64,000 bases of DNA from Alphaproteobacteria bacterium (GTDB taxonomy: Bacteria > Pseudomonadota > Alphaproteobacteria > GM7ARS4 > G965262615), in assembly GCA_965262615.1 (NCBI GenBank), contig OZ253545.1:576001-640000 (forward strand), given 5' to 3'. A program made the translations under genes and the position numbers. The notes below the pieces were generated by a model, which saw only the letters and a list, made by a program, of their open reading frames with translations, was not told the DNA's origin and did not search any database. This document shows, one piece after another, positions 1-10,319 of this stretch (position 1 is its first letter; each line of letters opens with the position of its first letter).

Positions 1-1242
1 GATGGGGCTTTGTTCGTCGTTTTTGGCGGCGGGGTTGGTGATGTCATTCGCGCCGATGACAAACGCCACTTCGGTTTGCCCAAAATCCTTGTTGATATCA
101 TCCAGCTCAAACACATCATCATAGGGGGTTTGAGCTTCGGCAAGAAGCACATTCATGTGACCGGGCATCCGTCCCGCCACAGGGTGGATGGCGTACCGCA
201 CCGTGATACCCATTTGTTGCAGTTGCTGAGTCATTTCCTGCACCACATGCTGAGCTTGGGCGACCGCCAGTCCATAGCCGGGCACAATGATGACAGAGGC
301 GGCATTTTTGAGGATGAACGCCGCGTCGCTGCCATTGCCCTCTTTGACAGGGCGTTGTTCTTGCGCGGTGGGTGAGGCAACGGTATCATCGCCGCCAAAG
401 CCACCGAGAATGACACTGATGAACGAGCGGTTCATGCCCTTGCACATGATATAGCTCAAAATCGCCCCCGATGATCCCACCAGTGCGCCGGTGATAATCA
501 GCAGGTGATGATCCAACGTGAAGCCGATGCCCGCCGCCGCCCATCCCGAATAGGAATTGAGCATGGAGACCACCACGGGCATATCCGCACCGCCAATGGG
601 AATAATCAGAGTGATGCCCAACACGGTGGCAAGGATGATGGCAATGGCAAAGGCAGCATCATTGTGACCAAAGGCGAACAATCCAATGGCGGCAAAAATG
701 GCAAGAATGAGCAAGCCATTGCACACATGGGTCAGGCGAAAAATAATGGGAGCAGAGGTCATAATTCCTTGCAGCTTGGCAGCCGCAATGAGGGAGCCGG
801 TGAAGGTCATCGCTCCAATGGCACCGCCCAGACTCATTTCTATGGCGGAGGCGGCGGATATATCACCTCCCATCATGACAATGCCATAGGCGTGGGGATT
901 CAAAAAGGCAGCCCATGCCACCAACACGGCGGCGAGTCCCACAAGGCTATGAAAAAAGGCGACCAATTGAGGCAAATCGGTCATGGCAATGGAACGGGCA
1001 ATTCCAATGCCCACCACGCCGCCGCCCAGCAGCATCATCACAATGACAAACAGACTTTGCACCTGCGGCATGGTGAGAGTCACCACAATCGCCAACGCCA
1101 TGCCCACCATGCCAAACACATTGCCGCGCCGCGCCGTCTCAGGATGCGCGAGACCCTGCAGTGCAAAAATAAAGCACAGCGAGGCAATCGCATAGAACAA
1201 GGATGCCTGATCAACAGAAAGTGTGGGGATAGAGGTCATCAT
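1..1242 (-). CDS. pntB: NAD(P) transhydrogenase beta subunit (3' end outside window)
   Basis: Manual translation from ATG at 1242: MMTSIPTLSVDQASLFYAIASLCFIFALQGLAHPETARRGN...; follows pntA1/pntA2; absent from ORF track, presumably because there is no stop inside the window. Confidence 0.93.
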   Translation of the reverse strand, partial: MMTSIPTLSVDQASLFYAIASLCFIFALQGLAHPETARRGNVFGMVGMALAIVVTLTMPQVQSLFVIVMMLLGGGVVGIGIARSIAMTDLPQLVAFFHSLVGLAAVLVAWAAFLNPHAYGIVMMGGDISAASAIEMSLGGAIGAMTFTGSLIAAAKLQGIMTSAPIIFRLTHVCNGLLILAIFAAIGLFAFGHNDAAFAIAIILATVLGITLIIPIGGADMPVVVSMLNSYSGWAAAGIGFTLDHHLLIITGALVGSSGAILSYIMCKGMNRSFISVILGGFGGDDTVASPTAQEQRPVKEGNGSDAAFILKNAASVIIVPGYGLAVAQAQHVVQEMTQQLQQMGITVRYAIHPVAGRMPGHMNVLLAEAQTPYDDVFELDDINKDFGQTEVAFVIGANDITNPAAKNDEQSPI

Positions 1243-1246
1243 GGCT

Positions 1247-1573
1247 TCACTTTTTCTTGACGAACATGGCAAGCATCCGTCTGGTGACAGCAAAGCCGCC
1301 AAAAATATTGATTGCCGCTAAAAAAATGGCAGCCGCCCCAATGACAACCGACAGGGCATCGCCCCCCGGTCCTGCGGCAATGATTGCCCCCACAATGATG
1401 ACGCTGGAGATGGCGTTGGTGACCGCCATCAAAGGCGCGTGCAGAGCGGGTGTCACGCCCCACACCACATAATAGCCCACCAGTATGGCAAGCACAAAAA
1501 CCGTCAGCCCCAAAAGCAGAGGATCGGCGGCGGCACTGCTGAATGTCGTTGTCTCCATTGTATGTGTATTCAT
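1247..1573 (-). CDS. pntA: NAD(P) transhydrogenase alpha subunit part 2 (membrane)
   Basis: VTPALHAPLMAVTNAISS and NIFGGFAVTRRMLAMF motifs. Confidence 0.95.
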   Translation of the reverse strand: MNTHTMETTTFSSAAADPLLLGLTVFVLAILVGYYVVWGVTPALHAPLMAVTNAISSVIIVGAIIAAGPGGDALSVVIGAAAIFLAAINIFGGFAVTRRMLAMFVKKK

Positions 1574-1582
1574 GAGGCTCTC

Positions 1583-2674
1583 CTAAAGAAGGGTGGCTGT
1601 GATGATATCATCCTGGGCATCAAAAGTGATGTCGTGCGATTCATCGCTTGTGAACAACTGGGTGATGAATTGGGTGATGTTGCGTCCCAGCAAAAAGCTG
1701 GCATCATGAGGCATACGCGCGGCGAGATTGCTCCAGCCGATGATGGTGACCTGCTTGTGGGTGACGATTGTATCGGTTTGTGTCAAAGCACAATTGCCAC
1801 CGCCACTGGCGGCAATATCCACAATGACAGACCCTGCGCGCATGGATTCCACCATTTTTTGATCAATGAGAACGGGTGCTTTTTTTTGCGGAATCAATGC
1901 GGTGGTGATGACAATATCCTGCTGCGGAATGTGGTCTCTGAGCAATTGGTCTTGTTTCTTTTTGTAGCTGGCACTGACCTCGCGAGCATAGCCTCCTTGT
2001 TCGTCACTTTGCTGTCCCTCTTGGTCATCGCTTGTGATGAAAGTTGCGCCCACACTGGTGACTTGTTGGGCGGCGGCTGCGCGCACATCATAGGCACTGG
2101 TGATGCCCCCCAGACGGCGAGCGGTGGCAAGAGCTTGCAACCCCGCAACCCCTGCGCCAATCACAAACACTCGTGCGGCTTTGATAGAACCCGCCGCCGT
2201 CATCATCATGGGCAACAGGCGCGGGTAGTGGTGAGCTGCTTCCAAAATTGCCCGATAGCCCGCAAGATTGCTTTGCGAGGACAACACATCCATGCCTTGA
2301 GCCCGTGTGATGCGCGGCAGGCGTTCTAGGGCAAACAATTGCAGCGATTTTTGCCGTGCCACCGCAAGAGCGTCATCGGGTGTTGCCGTGAGCAAGCCCA
2401 TCACAATCGCCCCATCGCGCATGGCTCGCAAATCTGTGACGGATGGCGGCGCAAGAGTCACGATGATGTGTGCGTTTAATCCTTCACTGGCGTTTGTCAG
2501 CAGTTTTGCTCCTGCTTGCTTGTAGGCATCATCCTGATACTGAGCCTGCATCCCACCGCCTTTGACACACACCATCTTGCCGCCCCATCGCTCAAGAGCC
2601 ATCACATTTTCTGGCGTGAGCGCGACGCGCGGCTCGGAATCATCGGATGGATACACAAAAACAGATATTGTCAT
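1583..2674 (-). CDS. pntA: NAD(P) transhydrogenase alpha subunit part 1 (dI)
   Basis: PRITRAQGMDVLSSQSNLAGY, GAGVAGL and GGNC motifs. Confidence 0.95.
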   Translation of the reverse strand: MTISVFVYPSDDSEPRVALTPENVMALERWGGKMVCVKGGGMQAQYQDDAYKQAGAKLLTNASEGLNAHIIVTLAPPSVTDLRAMRDGAIVMGLLTATPDDALAVARQKSLQLFALERLPRITRAQGMDVLSSQSNLAGYRAILEAAHHYPRLLPMMMTAAGSIKAARVFVIGAGVAGLQALATARRLGGITSAYDVRAAAAQQVTSVGATFITSDDQEGQQSDEQGGYAREVSASYKKKQDQLLRDHIPQQDIVITTALIPQKKAPVLIDQKMVESMRAGSVIVDIAASGGGNCALTQTDTIVTHKQVTIIGWSNLAARMPHDASFLLGRNITQFITQLFTSDESHDITFDAQDDIITATLL

Positions 2675-2678
2675 GGCA

Positions 2679-3413
2679 TTAGCGACCTCTGCGCACCACA
2701 GGTTCGCTCGGGCGTTGCCTTTCGGCAGGCTCTTCTTCCAAAAAGGGCACTGAGTCTGGAAGCTGAGACAATGATTTTGAAAAAAATTCGCTCATCATAT
2801 TTATTTCCCGAGACGGTAGGTAAGCTCTTCCATAATTGCGTGCCACTCTGGTTGCTTTTGTGACATAGGGCATCATGATTTTTTCAGAATGCTTTGACAA
2901 CGAACACCCTTGTGCAAAAATGCCTTGCATATCAGGCGGAACATAAGTCCGCCCGTAGCACGACAAACGAAGCACCCCAAAGGCTACAGCTCCCAAAATA
3001 GCAAGCTTCAATGTCAAGCGCAACAATCGTTTCATGATATCGAACGGAAAGCGCAGCACCCGCCAGACAAGACGCCACAGATTAAGAATCAATCGCTGGA
3101 CAGCTGAAAAAAAATTCTTGATTAGAGCAATCACCCGACGCACAAAAGAAACCGCTGCAACTCTGACACTTCTTCTGGGAACATCCCATGCTTCAAATTC
3201 GTCATCATCGTGACGGGAGGGCGTGTCGGTCTTTGGTGGAGGGGGCTTTTTATTGGTGAATCGCTTGCTTTTTGATTGTGCGGGTTCTTGCATCACGCCA
3301 TGCCACCGATGTCCACAATTGTTGCAGCGCATCAGACGCCCCGCCTTGGGAATCAAATCTTCCAAGACAGAAAAGCGCGCATCGCACGAGGGACATATAA
3401 TCACAACCGGCAT
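2679..3413 (-). CDS. MJ0042-type zinc-ribbon membrane protein (ZitP-like position)
   Basis: N-terminal CPSC...RCNNCGHRW zinc finger, hydrophobic segment, divergent from ftsE as in other alphaproteobacteria. Confidence 0.75.
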   Translation of the reverse strand: MPVVIICPSCDARFSVLEDLIPKAGRLMRCNNCGHRWHGVMQEPAQSKSKRFTNKKPPPPKTDTPSRHDDDEFEAWDVPRRSVRVAAVSFVRRVIALIKNFFSAVQRLILNLWRLVWRVLRFPFDIMKRLLRLTLKLAILGAVAFGVLRLSCYGRTYVPPDMQGIFAQGCSLSKHSEKIMMPYVTKATRVARNYGRAYLPSREINMMSEFFSKSLSQLPDSVPFLEEEPAERQRPSEPVVRRGR

Positions 3414-3503
3414 GACTGTAGCTTCTCGTTTGTGACTTGTTTGTCAAGAGACTATTTTCATCTCACCCTTTTTATGGGTCATGAATGTGATACACTGATT
3501 GTC

Positions 3504-4181
3504 ATGAGTGATGTTCAGTTTGCCCATTGCGACAATGTGTCCCTGCGCTACGGCAATAAAGCACCCATTTTGCGCGATGTCACCATGACTTTGCAACGAG
3601 GACACTTTTATTTCCTTACGGGAGAGTCCGGTGCGGGGAAATCAACTTTTTTGAAGTTGCTTTATATGGCTCACCTTCCCACGGCGGGCTCTTTGTATCT
3701 GTTTGATAAGGATGTCAAAACGGCTTCTCGTCATGAGCGTGTTTTAATTCGTCGGCGTTTGGGGGTGGTGTTTCAAAATTTTCGTCTGCTGCACCATTTG
3801 AATGCATTGGAGAATGCCGCCCTGCCGCTATATTTGGCGGGGCACGGCTATGAGGATTCTCTGGCGCGAGCGCGCCAATTTCTCAACTGGGTGGGGATGG
3901 ATGAATATGCCGATGCCTATCCCTCCACATTGTCCGGAGGGCAACAACAGCGCATCGCCATCGTCCGAGCCGTGATTCATAAGCCCGCTCTCATTCTCGC
4001 CGATGAGCCCACAGGAAGCGTGGATAAAAACAGTGCCATGCGATTTTTTCGCTTGTTTGAAGAACTCAATCGCCTGGGGGCAGCCGTGATTGTCGCCACT
4101 CACGATGCCACACTGGTGAAGCAATATGCCTATGATGTGTTGCATTTGCACAAGGGAACACTGCGGTTGCAATCATCATGA
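3504..4181 (+). CDS. ftsE: Cell division ATP-binding protein FtsE
   Basis: GESGAGKST, GVVFQNFRLL, LSGGQQQR, ILADEPTG; upstream of ftsX-like gene; start chosen at MSDVQ. Confidence 0.92.
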   Translation: MSDVQFAHCDNVSLRYGNKAPILRDVTMTLQRGHFYFLTGESGAGKSTFLKLLYMAHLPTAGSLYLFDKDVKTASRHERVLIRRRLGVVFQNFRLLHHLNALENAALPLYLAGHGYEDSLARARQFLNWVGMDEYADAYPSTLSGGQQQRIAIVRAVIHKPALILADEPTGSVDKNSAMRFFRLFEELNRLGAAVIVATHDATLVKQYAYDVLHLHKGTLRLQSS

Positions 4182-5053
4182 GCCTGTCTATCATTCCCTC
4201 TCGCCAGGACGAAGCCCTACGCGTTTTGCGGCGCATTGTGTCGTTCACCATGTTTTTGAGCAGCTTGCTCATTGCCATGATTTTGGTCACATCCTATTTT
4301 ATTGAGGGGGTGCGTTTTGAATTGGCGGGGCAGGTCACCGTGCAAATCGCCACCGAACAGAGCTTGGGAAGCGTCCCCACAAGCACAAAAAAAAATGTCT
4401 ACCAATTGGTCTCTCAGGTGGAGGGTGTGCGGCAGATCTCTATTCTGAGTCTGGCACAGGTCAAGGAATTGATGCAGCCGTGGCTACGCAGCGGCGTGGA
4501 TTTTCTGGATGAACTGCCATTGCCTCTGATTCTTGATATCACTGTTGCGCGCGATTCTTTCAATCCCGATGATATTCGCTCGGTTTTGACGCAAGCGGGC
4601 TATGAGGTGGTGGTGGATGATCATTTGTTGTGGTTTGCTCGTCATTACGGCTTGCTCAATCGCCTGCACCTGTTGTTATTGGCGTTGATGGGTGTGATTT
4701 TCGTTGCTTTGTTATTGGTTGTGGTGCGCACCGCCCATGCATCATTGGCTCTCAATGGCGAGACGGTGTCGGTTTTGCGAATTATTGGCGGCGGCGATGG
4801 TGTCATTGCTCGAGCATTTGCCTCCCACACGCTGATGGTGACACTGCGGTCATGCTTGTTGGGAATTTTTTGGGCGTTGGTGATTCTGGCGGCAATCGTC
4901 TATGGAGACGATTCCGAGCGTCTGCTCTCCTTGCCCAAGCGATTGTTGCAATTGTTTGGCTATGGCATGTTATTGCTCAGTGCGGTCACGGCTTTTGCCA
5001 CGATGGTGACCACATGGATGACCTGCCGTTCGTTATTGCATCGTCAGCCGTGA
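4178..5053 (+). CDS. ftsX: Cell division permease FtsX
   Basis: Four TM pattern, PWL...LPLP and VDDH motifs, ATGA overlap with ftsE. Confidence 0.88.
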   Translation: MSLSIIPSRQDEALRVLRRIVSFTMFLSSLLIAMILVTSYFIEGVRFELAGQVTVQIATEQSLGSVPTSTKKNVYQLVSQVEGVRQISILSLAQVKELMQPWLRSGVDFLDELPLPLILDITVARDSFNPDDIRSVLTQAGYEVVVDDHLLWFARHYGLLNRLHLLLLALMGVIFVALLLVVVRTAHASLALNGETVSVLRIIGGGDGVIARAFASHTLMVTLRSCLLGIFWALVILAAIVYGDDSERLLSLPKRLLQLFGYGMLLLSAVTAFATMVTTWMTCRSLLHRQP

Positions 5054-5068
5054 ATCACGCCCAACACA

Positions 5069-5947
5069 TCAAGCATGACCAAATTCCTGTTGCTTGATGG
5101 CTTGAATGGTGTGATTCATCAATTTCGTGATTTTGCGCAACGCCCCTGCCTCAATTTGACGCACCCGTTCCCGTGAGATGCCATAGTCGCGCGCCAATGT
5201 TTGCAAGGTGGTGGGCTCGTCCTTCATCTGGCGTTCGGTCAGAATGTGCCGTTCCCGCTCATTGAGCTCTCGCATGGCTTGTTTCAACAAGCGTTTTTTC
5301 TTCTCGTCATCCAAGTGGTCAATGACGGTTTCTTCAAGAGGGGCATCATCGCTGGGGAAAATATCCATGTATTGCTGGTCTCCCTGTTCGCCCACGGGCT
5401 TGTGCAAAGACACATCCGAGCCAGAGAGGCGGCGATTCATGTCAATAACATCGGCATGACTCACCCCCATGGTGGTGGCAACACGCGCCACTTCTTGCGG
5501 GGCTAAATCACCGTTATCAGACATTTGCAGCTTCTTCTTGAGAGAGCGCAAGCCAAAAAACAGTTTTTTGCGTCCCGAGGCACTGCCGGTGCGCACGATA
5601 GACCAGTTGTTCAAAATGTATTCGGTCATTGACGCTTTAATCCACCACATGGCGTAGGTGGAGAGACGAAAGCCCAATTCAGGATTGAAGCCATCAATGG
5701 CTCGCAACAAGCCCAGAACTCCCTCGCCCACCATGTCATGATGATCCAAGCCGTAACCACGATAGCCCGCAGCAATCTTCGCCACAAGGCGCATATGGGA
5801 TTCAACCAGACGCTCGCGCGCCTTATAGTCTTGATGATGCAACCAGCGACGAGACAAAGAAACCTCCTCGTCCGCCGTCAGAAGATCATGGCGGGTGAGA
5901 GAATAGCGTTGCATCATCAGGGTTCTCGGGATGGTGGATGGGGACAT
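5069..5947 (-). CDS. rpoH: RNA polymerase sigma-32 factor RpoH
   Basis: GFRLSTYAMWWIKA, RpoH-box-like KKLFFGLR, ISRERVRQIE; SD AAGGAG before MSPSTIP. Confidence 0.9.
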   Translation of the reverse strand: MSPSTIPRTLMMQRYSLTRHDLLTADEEVSLSRRWLHHQDYKARERLVESHMRLVAKIAAGYRGYGLDHHDMVGEGVLGLLRAIDGFNPELGFRLSTYAMWWIKASMTEYILNNWSIVRTGSASGRKKLFFGLRSLKKKLQMSDNGDLAPQEVARVATTMGVSHADVIDMNRRLSGSDVSLHKPVGEQGDQQYMDIFPSDDAPLEETVIDHLDDEKKKRLLKQAMRELNERERHILTERQMKDEPTTLQTLARDYGISRERVRQIEAGALRKITKLMNHTIQAIKQQEFGHA

Positions 5948-6187
5948 GGGACACTCCTTAAAGCAAGTGATGGTCAATCTGTTAGCCTCAACAAGCACTA
6001 ACACCCCATGAGATAGCACAATTGCTATGAAGGCAGCGTGAATGGGTGATATTGAGCCTATTCATGGTTTTTCTTGGGTTTTTCTAGGTTTTTCTTGATA
6101 TTTTTTAGTAACAAAAATCGTCTCAGTGCTCCTTTTTGTCTTTTACTTCTTGTATTTATGTGCGATTATCTATACATTGTGATTGCT

Positions 6188-6868
6188 ATGGATTTGCTGA
6201 TTTTAGGGACAGCCTTATTGGTTTTGTTGTTTCGCTTGTGGAGCTTGTTGGGGGAGCGGTCTCCTGATGAGAAGCCGCCGCGGGGCTTGGCTCCGTTGAC
6301 AATGGCGGAAGATGCCGCCGAGGCGGCACGAGAAGTGTCGGCTCTGGGAGAGCAAGAACAGAAAAGACAAAGCCAGGAGCAAGAACAGACAATTCCTGTC
6401 AAAGATCAGGCGGTGTATGAAAAACATCCTGTGCTCAAGGAGGTTGCCAGCAAAGATCCTCAGTTTTCGTTGGATGATTTTTTCAAGGGGGCACGCTACG
6501 CCTTTGCCACCATCATTGAAGCTTTTACCAATGATTCCCTTCAGACCATTCGTCCTCTCTTGTCACCGAAAGTCATGGCGCGCTTGCGAGAGGCTTTGCG
6601 TGAGCGCAACAGTCACAGACGTCGTCAGGAGACCCATGTGATTTCGGTGGACAAATGTGAGATTGTGGATGTGTCTTTGGAGAAGGGAAAAATTTATCTC
6701 ACGGTTCAATTCTTATCCACGCAAATCAATGCCCTCTATGATACGGTGGGCAAATTGGTTGATGGGGATCCGCAGAAAATGAACAAAATTTCCGATAAGT
6801 GGACATTCGTTCGTCCTTTGCGCGCACAAGATCCCAATTGGACCTTGTCTGATATTCACGCGACTTAA
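6188..6868 (+). CDS. Tim44/TimA family protein
   Basis: N-terminal TM, F..GA..AF..I..AF, WTF.R....DPNW.L C-terminus; upstream of mltA. Confidence 0.88.
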   Translation: MDLLILGTALLVLLFRLWSLLGERSPDEKPPRGLAPLTMAEDAAEAAREVSALGEQEQKRQSQEQEQTIPVKDQAVYEKHPVLKEVASKDPQFSLDDFFKGARYAFATIIEAFTNDSLQTIRPLLSPKVMARLREALRERNSHRRRQETHVISVDKCEIVDVSLEKGKIYLTVQFLSTQINALYDTVGKLVDGDPQKMNKISDKWTFVRPLRAQDPNWTLSDIHAT

Positions 6869-6881
6869 TCATTGGCTACTG

Positions 6882-8042
6882 TTGTTGGTGCTCTTGCTGG
6901 GGTGTGACTCTCGCGAGGGGTGGCAGGAGGGAGATATTTTTAGTGCCCGCCCACTGTCTTTTGTCCAGTTGCCTTTGTGGCTCAAGACCAATGAAGTTTC
7001 CGTTTGGCATGAGGCGATGCGGTCATTTCACTTTGCGTGTGAGGGTCTGGCGCACCGTGATTATCGGGTGATTCTGCCCACGCCACTGCCCACGCCGCCT
7101 GCCGCTCATTGGCGCACACTGTGTGAGGCGGCGGAAGATTTGCTGGCAAACGATTCGTCCTCTTTGCGCTTTTTTTTTGAAGACTTTTTTGTGCCCTATG
7201 AGATTCGTGTCCGCAATCAATCATCACTGCTGACCGGTTACTACGAGCCGCAATTGGCGGGGGCGCGAGAGAAAACCGAATCATTCACCGTCCCCTTGTA
7301 TGGTCGCCCTCACGATTTATTACAGCTCAAGGGTGAGGATTTTGGCTTGGAAGGCATCGCTTTGTGGGGCAAGGCGCATGAGGGAGCGTTTGTTCCCTAC
7401 GACACGCGCGGCGATGTGATGCGCGATGGATTGGAAGGACGCGCACCGCCTCTGGCATGGGTGAGCAATGACACCGATGCATTCTTTTTTGCCATTCAGG
7501 GCTCGGGGCGCATTGTCTTGCAAGATGGAACGGTGTTGCGTTTGGGATATGCGGCGCGCAATGGGCATGTGTATCGTTCGGTGGGGCGCGCCATGGCACA
7601 GCGAGGATTATTGCCATCCAGCCGATTATCGCAACAAGGAATTGGTCAGTTTCTTGAGGAAAATTCGCACCGCACGGTGGAGATTTTGTCCATCAATCCA
7701 TCGTATATTTTTTTCAAGGAGCTCACCCATTTGAATGATGACGAAGGACCTCTCGGCTCATTCGGCGTTCCCCTGGTGGCTGGGCACGCATTGGCGGTGG
7801 ATGATGAGATGCTTCCTTTGGGAATTCCTTTGTGGCTGGTGTTTTCTCATCCATTGAACGATGAGCCCATGGGGCGTATGATGATGACTCTGGACACTGG
7901 TGCGGCGATCAAGGGGGCGTTGCGCGGTGATATTTTTTGGGGCACCGGAGACGATGCTCTGGAGGTGGCGGGGCGAACAAAAACAACCGCATCATTTTTT
8001 GTCTTGTTGCCTCATGCCGAACGATTGGAGAATGTGCCATGA
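6882..8042 (+). CDS. mltA: Membrane-bound lytic murein transglycosylase A
   Basis: TGYYEP, IQGSG, NPSYIFF, DTGAAIKG..R.DIFWG. Confidence 0.93.
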   Translation: MLVLLLGCDSREGWQEGDIFSARPLSFVQLPLWLKTNEVSVWHEAMRSFHFACEGLAHRDYRVILPTPLPTPPAAHWRTLCEAAEDLLANDSSSLRFFFEDFFVPYEIRVRNQSSLLTGYYEPQLAGAREKTESFTVPLYGRPHDLLQLKGEDFGLEGIALWGKAHEGAFVPYDTRGDVMRDGLEGRAPPLAWVSNDTDAFFFAIQGSGRIVLQDGTVLRLGYAARNGHVYRSVGRAMAQRGLLPSSRLSQQGIGQFLEENSHRTVEILSINPSYIFFKELTHLNDDEGPLGSFGVPLVAGHALAVDDEMLPLGIPLWLVFSHPLNDEPMGRMMMTLDTGAAIKGALRGDIFWGTGDDALEVAGRTKTTASFFVLLPHAERLENVP

Positions 8043-8491
8043 GTCATGATGATGAGCGGCAATGCTGGTTGGATGCCGTCAAAAATGTGACACCAATGGA
8101 AAAGGCGCGCCGCGTCTCCATTCATGCTCGTGAAGAAAATTTGACCATCTCACCTCATAAAAATAAAAAACGCCGTTCCTCTTCGGCTCAACCAAAACGA
8201 GCCATTCGTCAAAGGCAATTGAAATTTGACCGCATCATTGACTTGCACGGCTGTTCTCTCAGTGAGGCACAGCATAAAGTCAAACAGACGATTATTCATC
8301 GGCGTCATGAGCGTTGGTTTTTGTTCATCACCGGTCAGGGCAAAAAAGCGGGAGCGGATGATGGATTTCGTGGACAGGGCGTGATTCTCAATCACTTTCC
8401 TCAATGGATGAGAGCATCATCGGTGCGCGCCCATATCATTGATTTTGGCGCGTATGGTGCGGGGGCGTATTATGTTCATGTGAGGCGATGA
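8039..8491 (+). CDS. Smr/MutS2 domain protein
   Basis: IDLHG, ITGQGK, G.GA.YV motifs; follows mltA. Confidence 0.88.
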   Translation: MSHDDERQCWLDAVKNVTPMEKARRVSIHAREENLTISPHKNKKRRSSSAQPKRAIRQRQLKFDRIIDLHGCSLSEAQHKVKQTIIHRRHERWFLFITGQGKKAGADDGFRGQGVILNHFPQWMRASSVRAHIIDFGAYGAGAYYVHVRR

Positions 8492-9291
8492 TGGAACATG
8501 CTTATTACATTCACGATTTGAGCCCCATCGCCATCCAATTGGCGGGGTTTCCCATTCGGTGGTATGGGCTTGCCTATATGGGCGGCTTTATTTTTGTCTT
8601 TGTCATGATGAGACGCTGGACGCGTATGGGAATATCCCAATTGACCAAGCAGGATGTGGATGACTTCATGACTGCCATCATTGTGGGAGTCATTGTGGGG
8701 GGGCGGTTGGGCTATTGTGTGTTTTATCATCCGTCTTATTACATGATGAATCCTGAAGAGATTTTCTTTGTGTGGCAGGGGGGGATGTCATTTCACGGAG
8801 GATTTTTGGGGGTTTTGCTTGGGGTTATTGTGTATCAGCGGCATCGGTCGTTTTCGCTGTGGCACTGTTTGGATCAAGCCGCCGCCACCGTGCCCATGGG
8901 ATTGTGTTTGGGACGAATCGCCAACTTCATCAATGGCGAGCTGTATGGCAGAGTGACCGATGTGTCATGGGCGGTGATTTTCCCTGGCAGTTTGTCGCCG
9001 CGCCATCCCAGTCAACTCTATGAGGCGGTGCTGGAGGGATTGCTGCCGCTGATTATTTTGATTGTGATGGTGGAACGGTATCGTTTTTTGCAAAAAATGC
9101 CTGGGGGTGTGGCATCATTGTTTCTCATTTTTTATGGCGGTGCGCGCATCATTGCTGAATTGTTTCGCGAGCCGGATGCCCATATTGGGTTTGTGTGGAA
9201 CGCCATCACGATGGGACAGCTGCTCTCTGTGCCCATGGTGGCAGCAGGATTCATTTTGTTATGGATACACAAAACCAGAGCTCAGACATAA
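8488..9291 (+). CDS. lgt: Prolipoprotein diacylglyceryl transferase
   Basis: IRWYGLAY, GGMSFHGG, GRIANFINGELYGR, RHPSQLYE. Confidence 0.97.
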   Translation: MMEHAYYIHDLSPIAIQLAGFPIRWYGLAYMGGFIFVFVMMRRWTRMGISQLTKQDVDDFMTAIIVGVIVGGRLGYCVFYHPSYYMMNPEEIFFVWQGGMSFHGGFLGVLLGVIVYQRHRSFSLWHCLDQAAATVPMGLCLGRIANFINGELYGRVTDVSWAVIFPGSLSPRHPSQLYEAVLEGLLPLIILIVMVERYRFLQKMPGGVASLFLIFYGGARIIAELFREPDAHIGFVWNAITMGQLLSVPMVAAGFILLWIHKTRAQT

Positions 9292-10319
9292 AACGCCCGC
9301 TCAATGTGGCTGCCTTCATGGCGCGCGCCGCTCGCAAACAGTCGGACATTGGACGGCGCGGCGATTTTATCACTGCGCCTGAAATCAGTCATGTGTTTGG
9401 CTCGTTGGTGGGACGCTGGATTGCGTCACTTGTCCAACACATGGCACTGGGTCAAGACTGGGCACTGGTGGAATTGGGAGTGGGGCGCGGATGGCTCGCT
9501 TATGATATTATTGCCGAACTGCATCGCCAGCGAATGAATCAATCAATGAGTTTTCATGCCGTTGAGCATCATGACGAATTTTTCGAAGCGTGTGAGCAAA
9601 AACTGGCGCGCCATGCCATGAGTGTCACGCGCCATCATCACGCCGCCAGTTTGCCCGATGACCGCCCTCTTGTTGTCATTGCCAATGAATTTTTTGATGC
9701 CCTGCCCATTCGTCAATATGTCTATGAGAACGACAGCTGGCATGAGCGGTATGTGGCGAATGGAGCGTGTTATGTGTGTGCGTTGTCGCGGCATGGAGAG
9801 GCTCGGCGCGCGCACATCATGGGGGATGCGTCTTTCAAGGAAGGCGATGTTGTGGAGTATTCACCCGTTGGAATGGCATGGGCGCGCGCTTTGGGCAGGC
9901 GCATCAGGCGACAAGGAGGCGTGCTGCTGGTGATTGATTACGGTCATGAGAACGGCGTTGGCGATACCTGTCAGGCGGTGTGTCGCCATGAGACCATATC
10001 GGCTTGGCATGAGGATGTGTTGCGTGGCGAGGCGGATTGTTCGGCTCATGTCAATTTTTCTTTGTTGCGGCGCGCCCTTACCGATTGTGATTGCGCCGTG
10101 ACACCTCTTGTGTCGCAGGCGGATTTTTTGCACCGACTGGGCATAGAGGCGATGGTGGAACAATTGCGGGAGCGTCATCCTCACGAGGAGCGCGCATGGG
10201 TGGGCAGCTATATGCGGCTGTGTGGCAGGCGCGAGATGGGATCTTTGTTTAAGGTGATGGCGAGCTGGGATGGTCGTCATGACAAGATTTTGCCCGCATT
10301 TGGAAATGATCATGGGTGA
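9261..10319 (+). CDS. SAM-dependent methyltransferase, MidA/NDUFAF7 family
   Basis: GDFITAPEIS, VELG.GRG, ANEFFDALP, IDYG, MGSLFKV; start uncertain. Confidence 0.9.
   Translation: MDTQNQSSDIKRPLNVAAFMARAARKQSDIGRRGDFITAPEISHVFGSLVGRWIASLVQHMALGQDWALVELGVGRGWLAYDIIAELHRQRMNQSMSFHAVEHHDEFFEACEQKLARHAMSVTRHHHAASLPDDRPLVVIANEFFDALPIRQYVYENDSWHERYVANGACYVCALSRHGEARRAHIMGDASFKEGDVVEYSPVGMAWARALGRRIRRQGGVLLVIDYGHENGVGDTCQAVCRHETISAWHEDVLRGEADCSAHVNFSLLRRALTDCDCAVTPLVSQADFLHRLGIEAMVEQLRERHPHEERAWVGSYMRLCGRREMGSLFKVMASWDGRHDKILPAFGNDHG

Noticed and set aside
505-2329. Long plus-strand ORFs 505-1260 and 1439-2329
   Set aside because: Antisense shadows of pntB/pntA with no recognisable motifs; the same applies to the many shadow ORFs over leuC, acnA, metK, glnE, fhs and sctN
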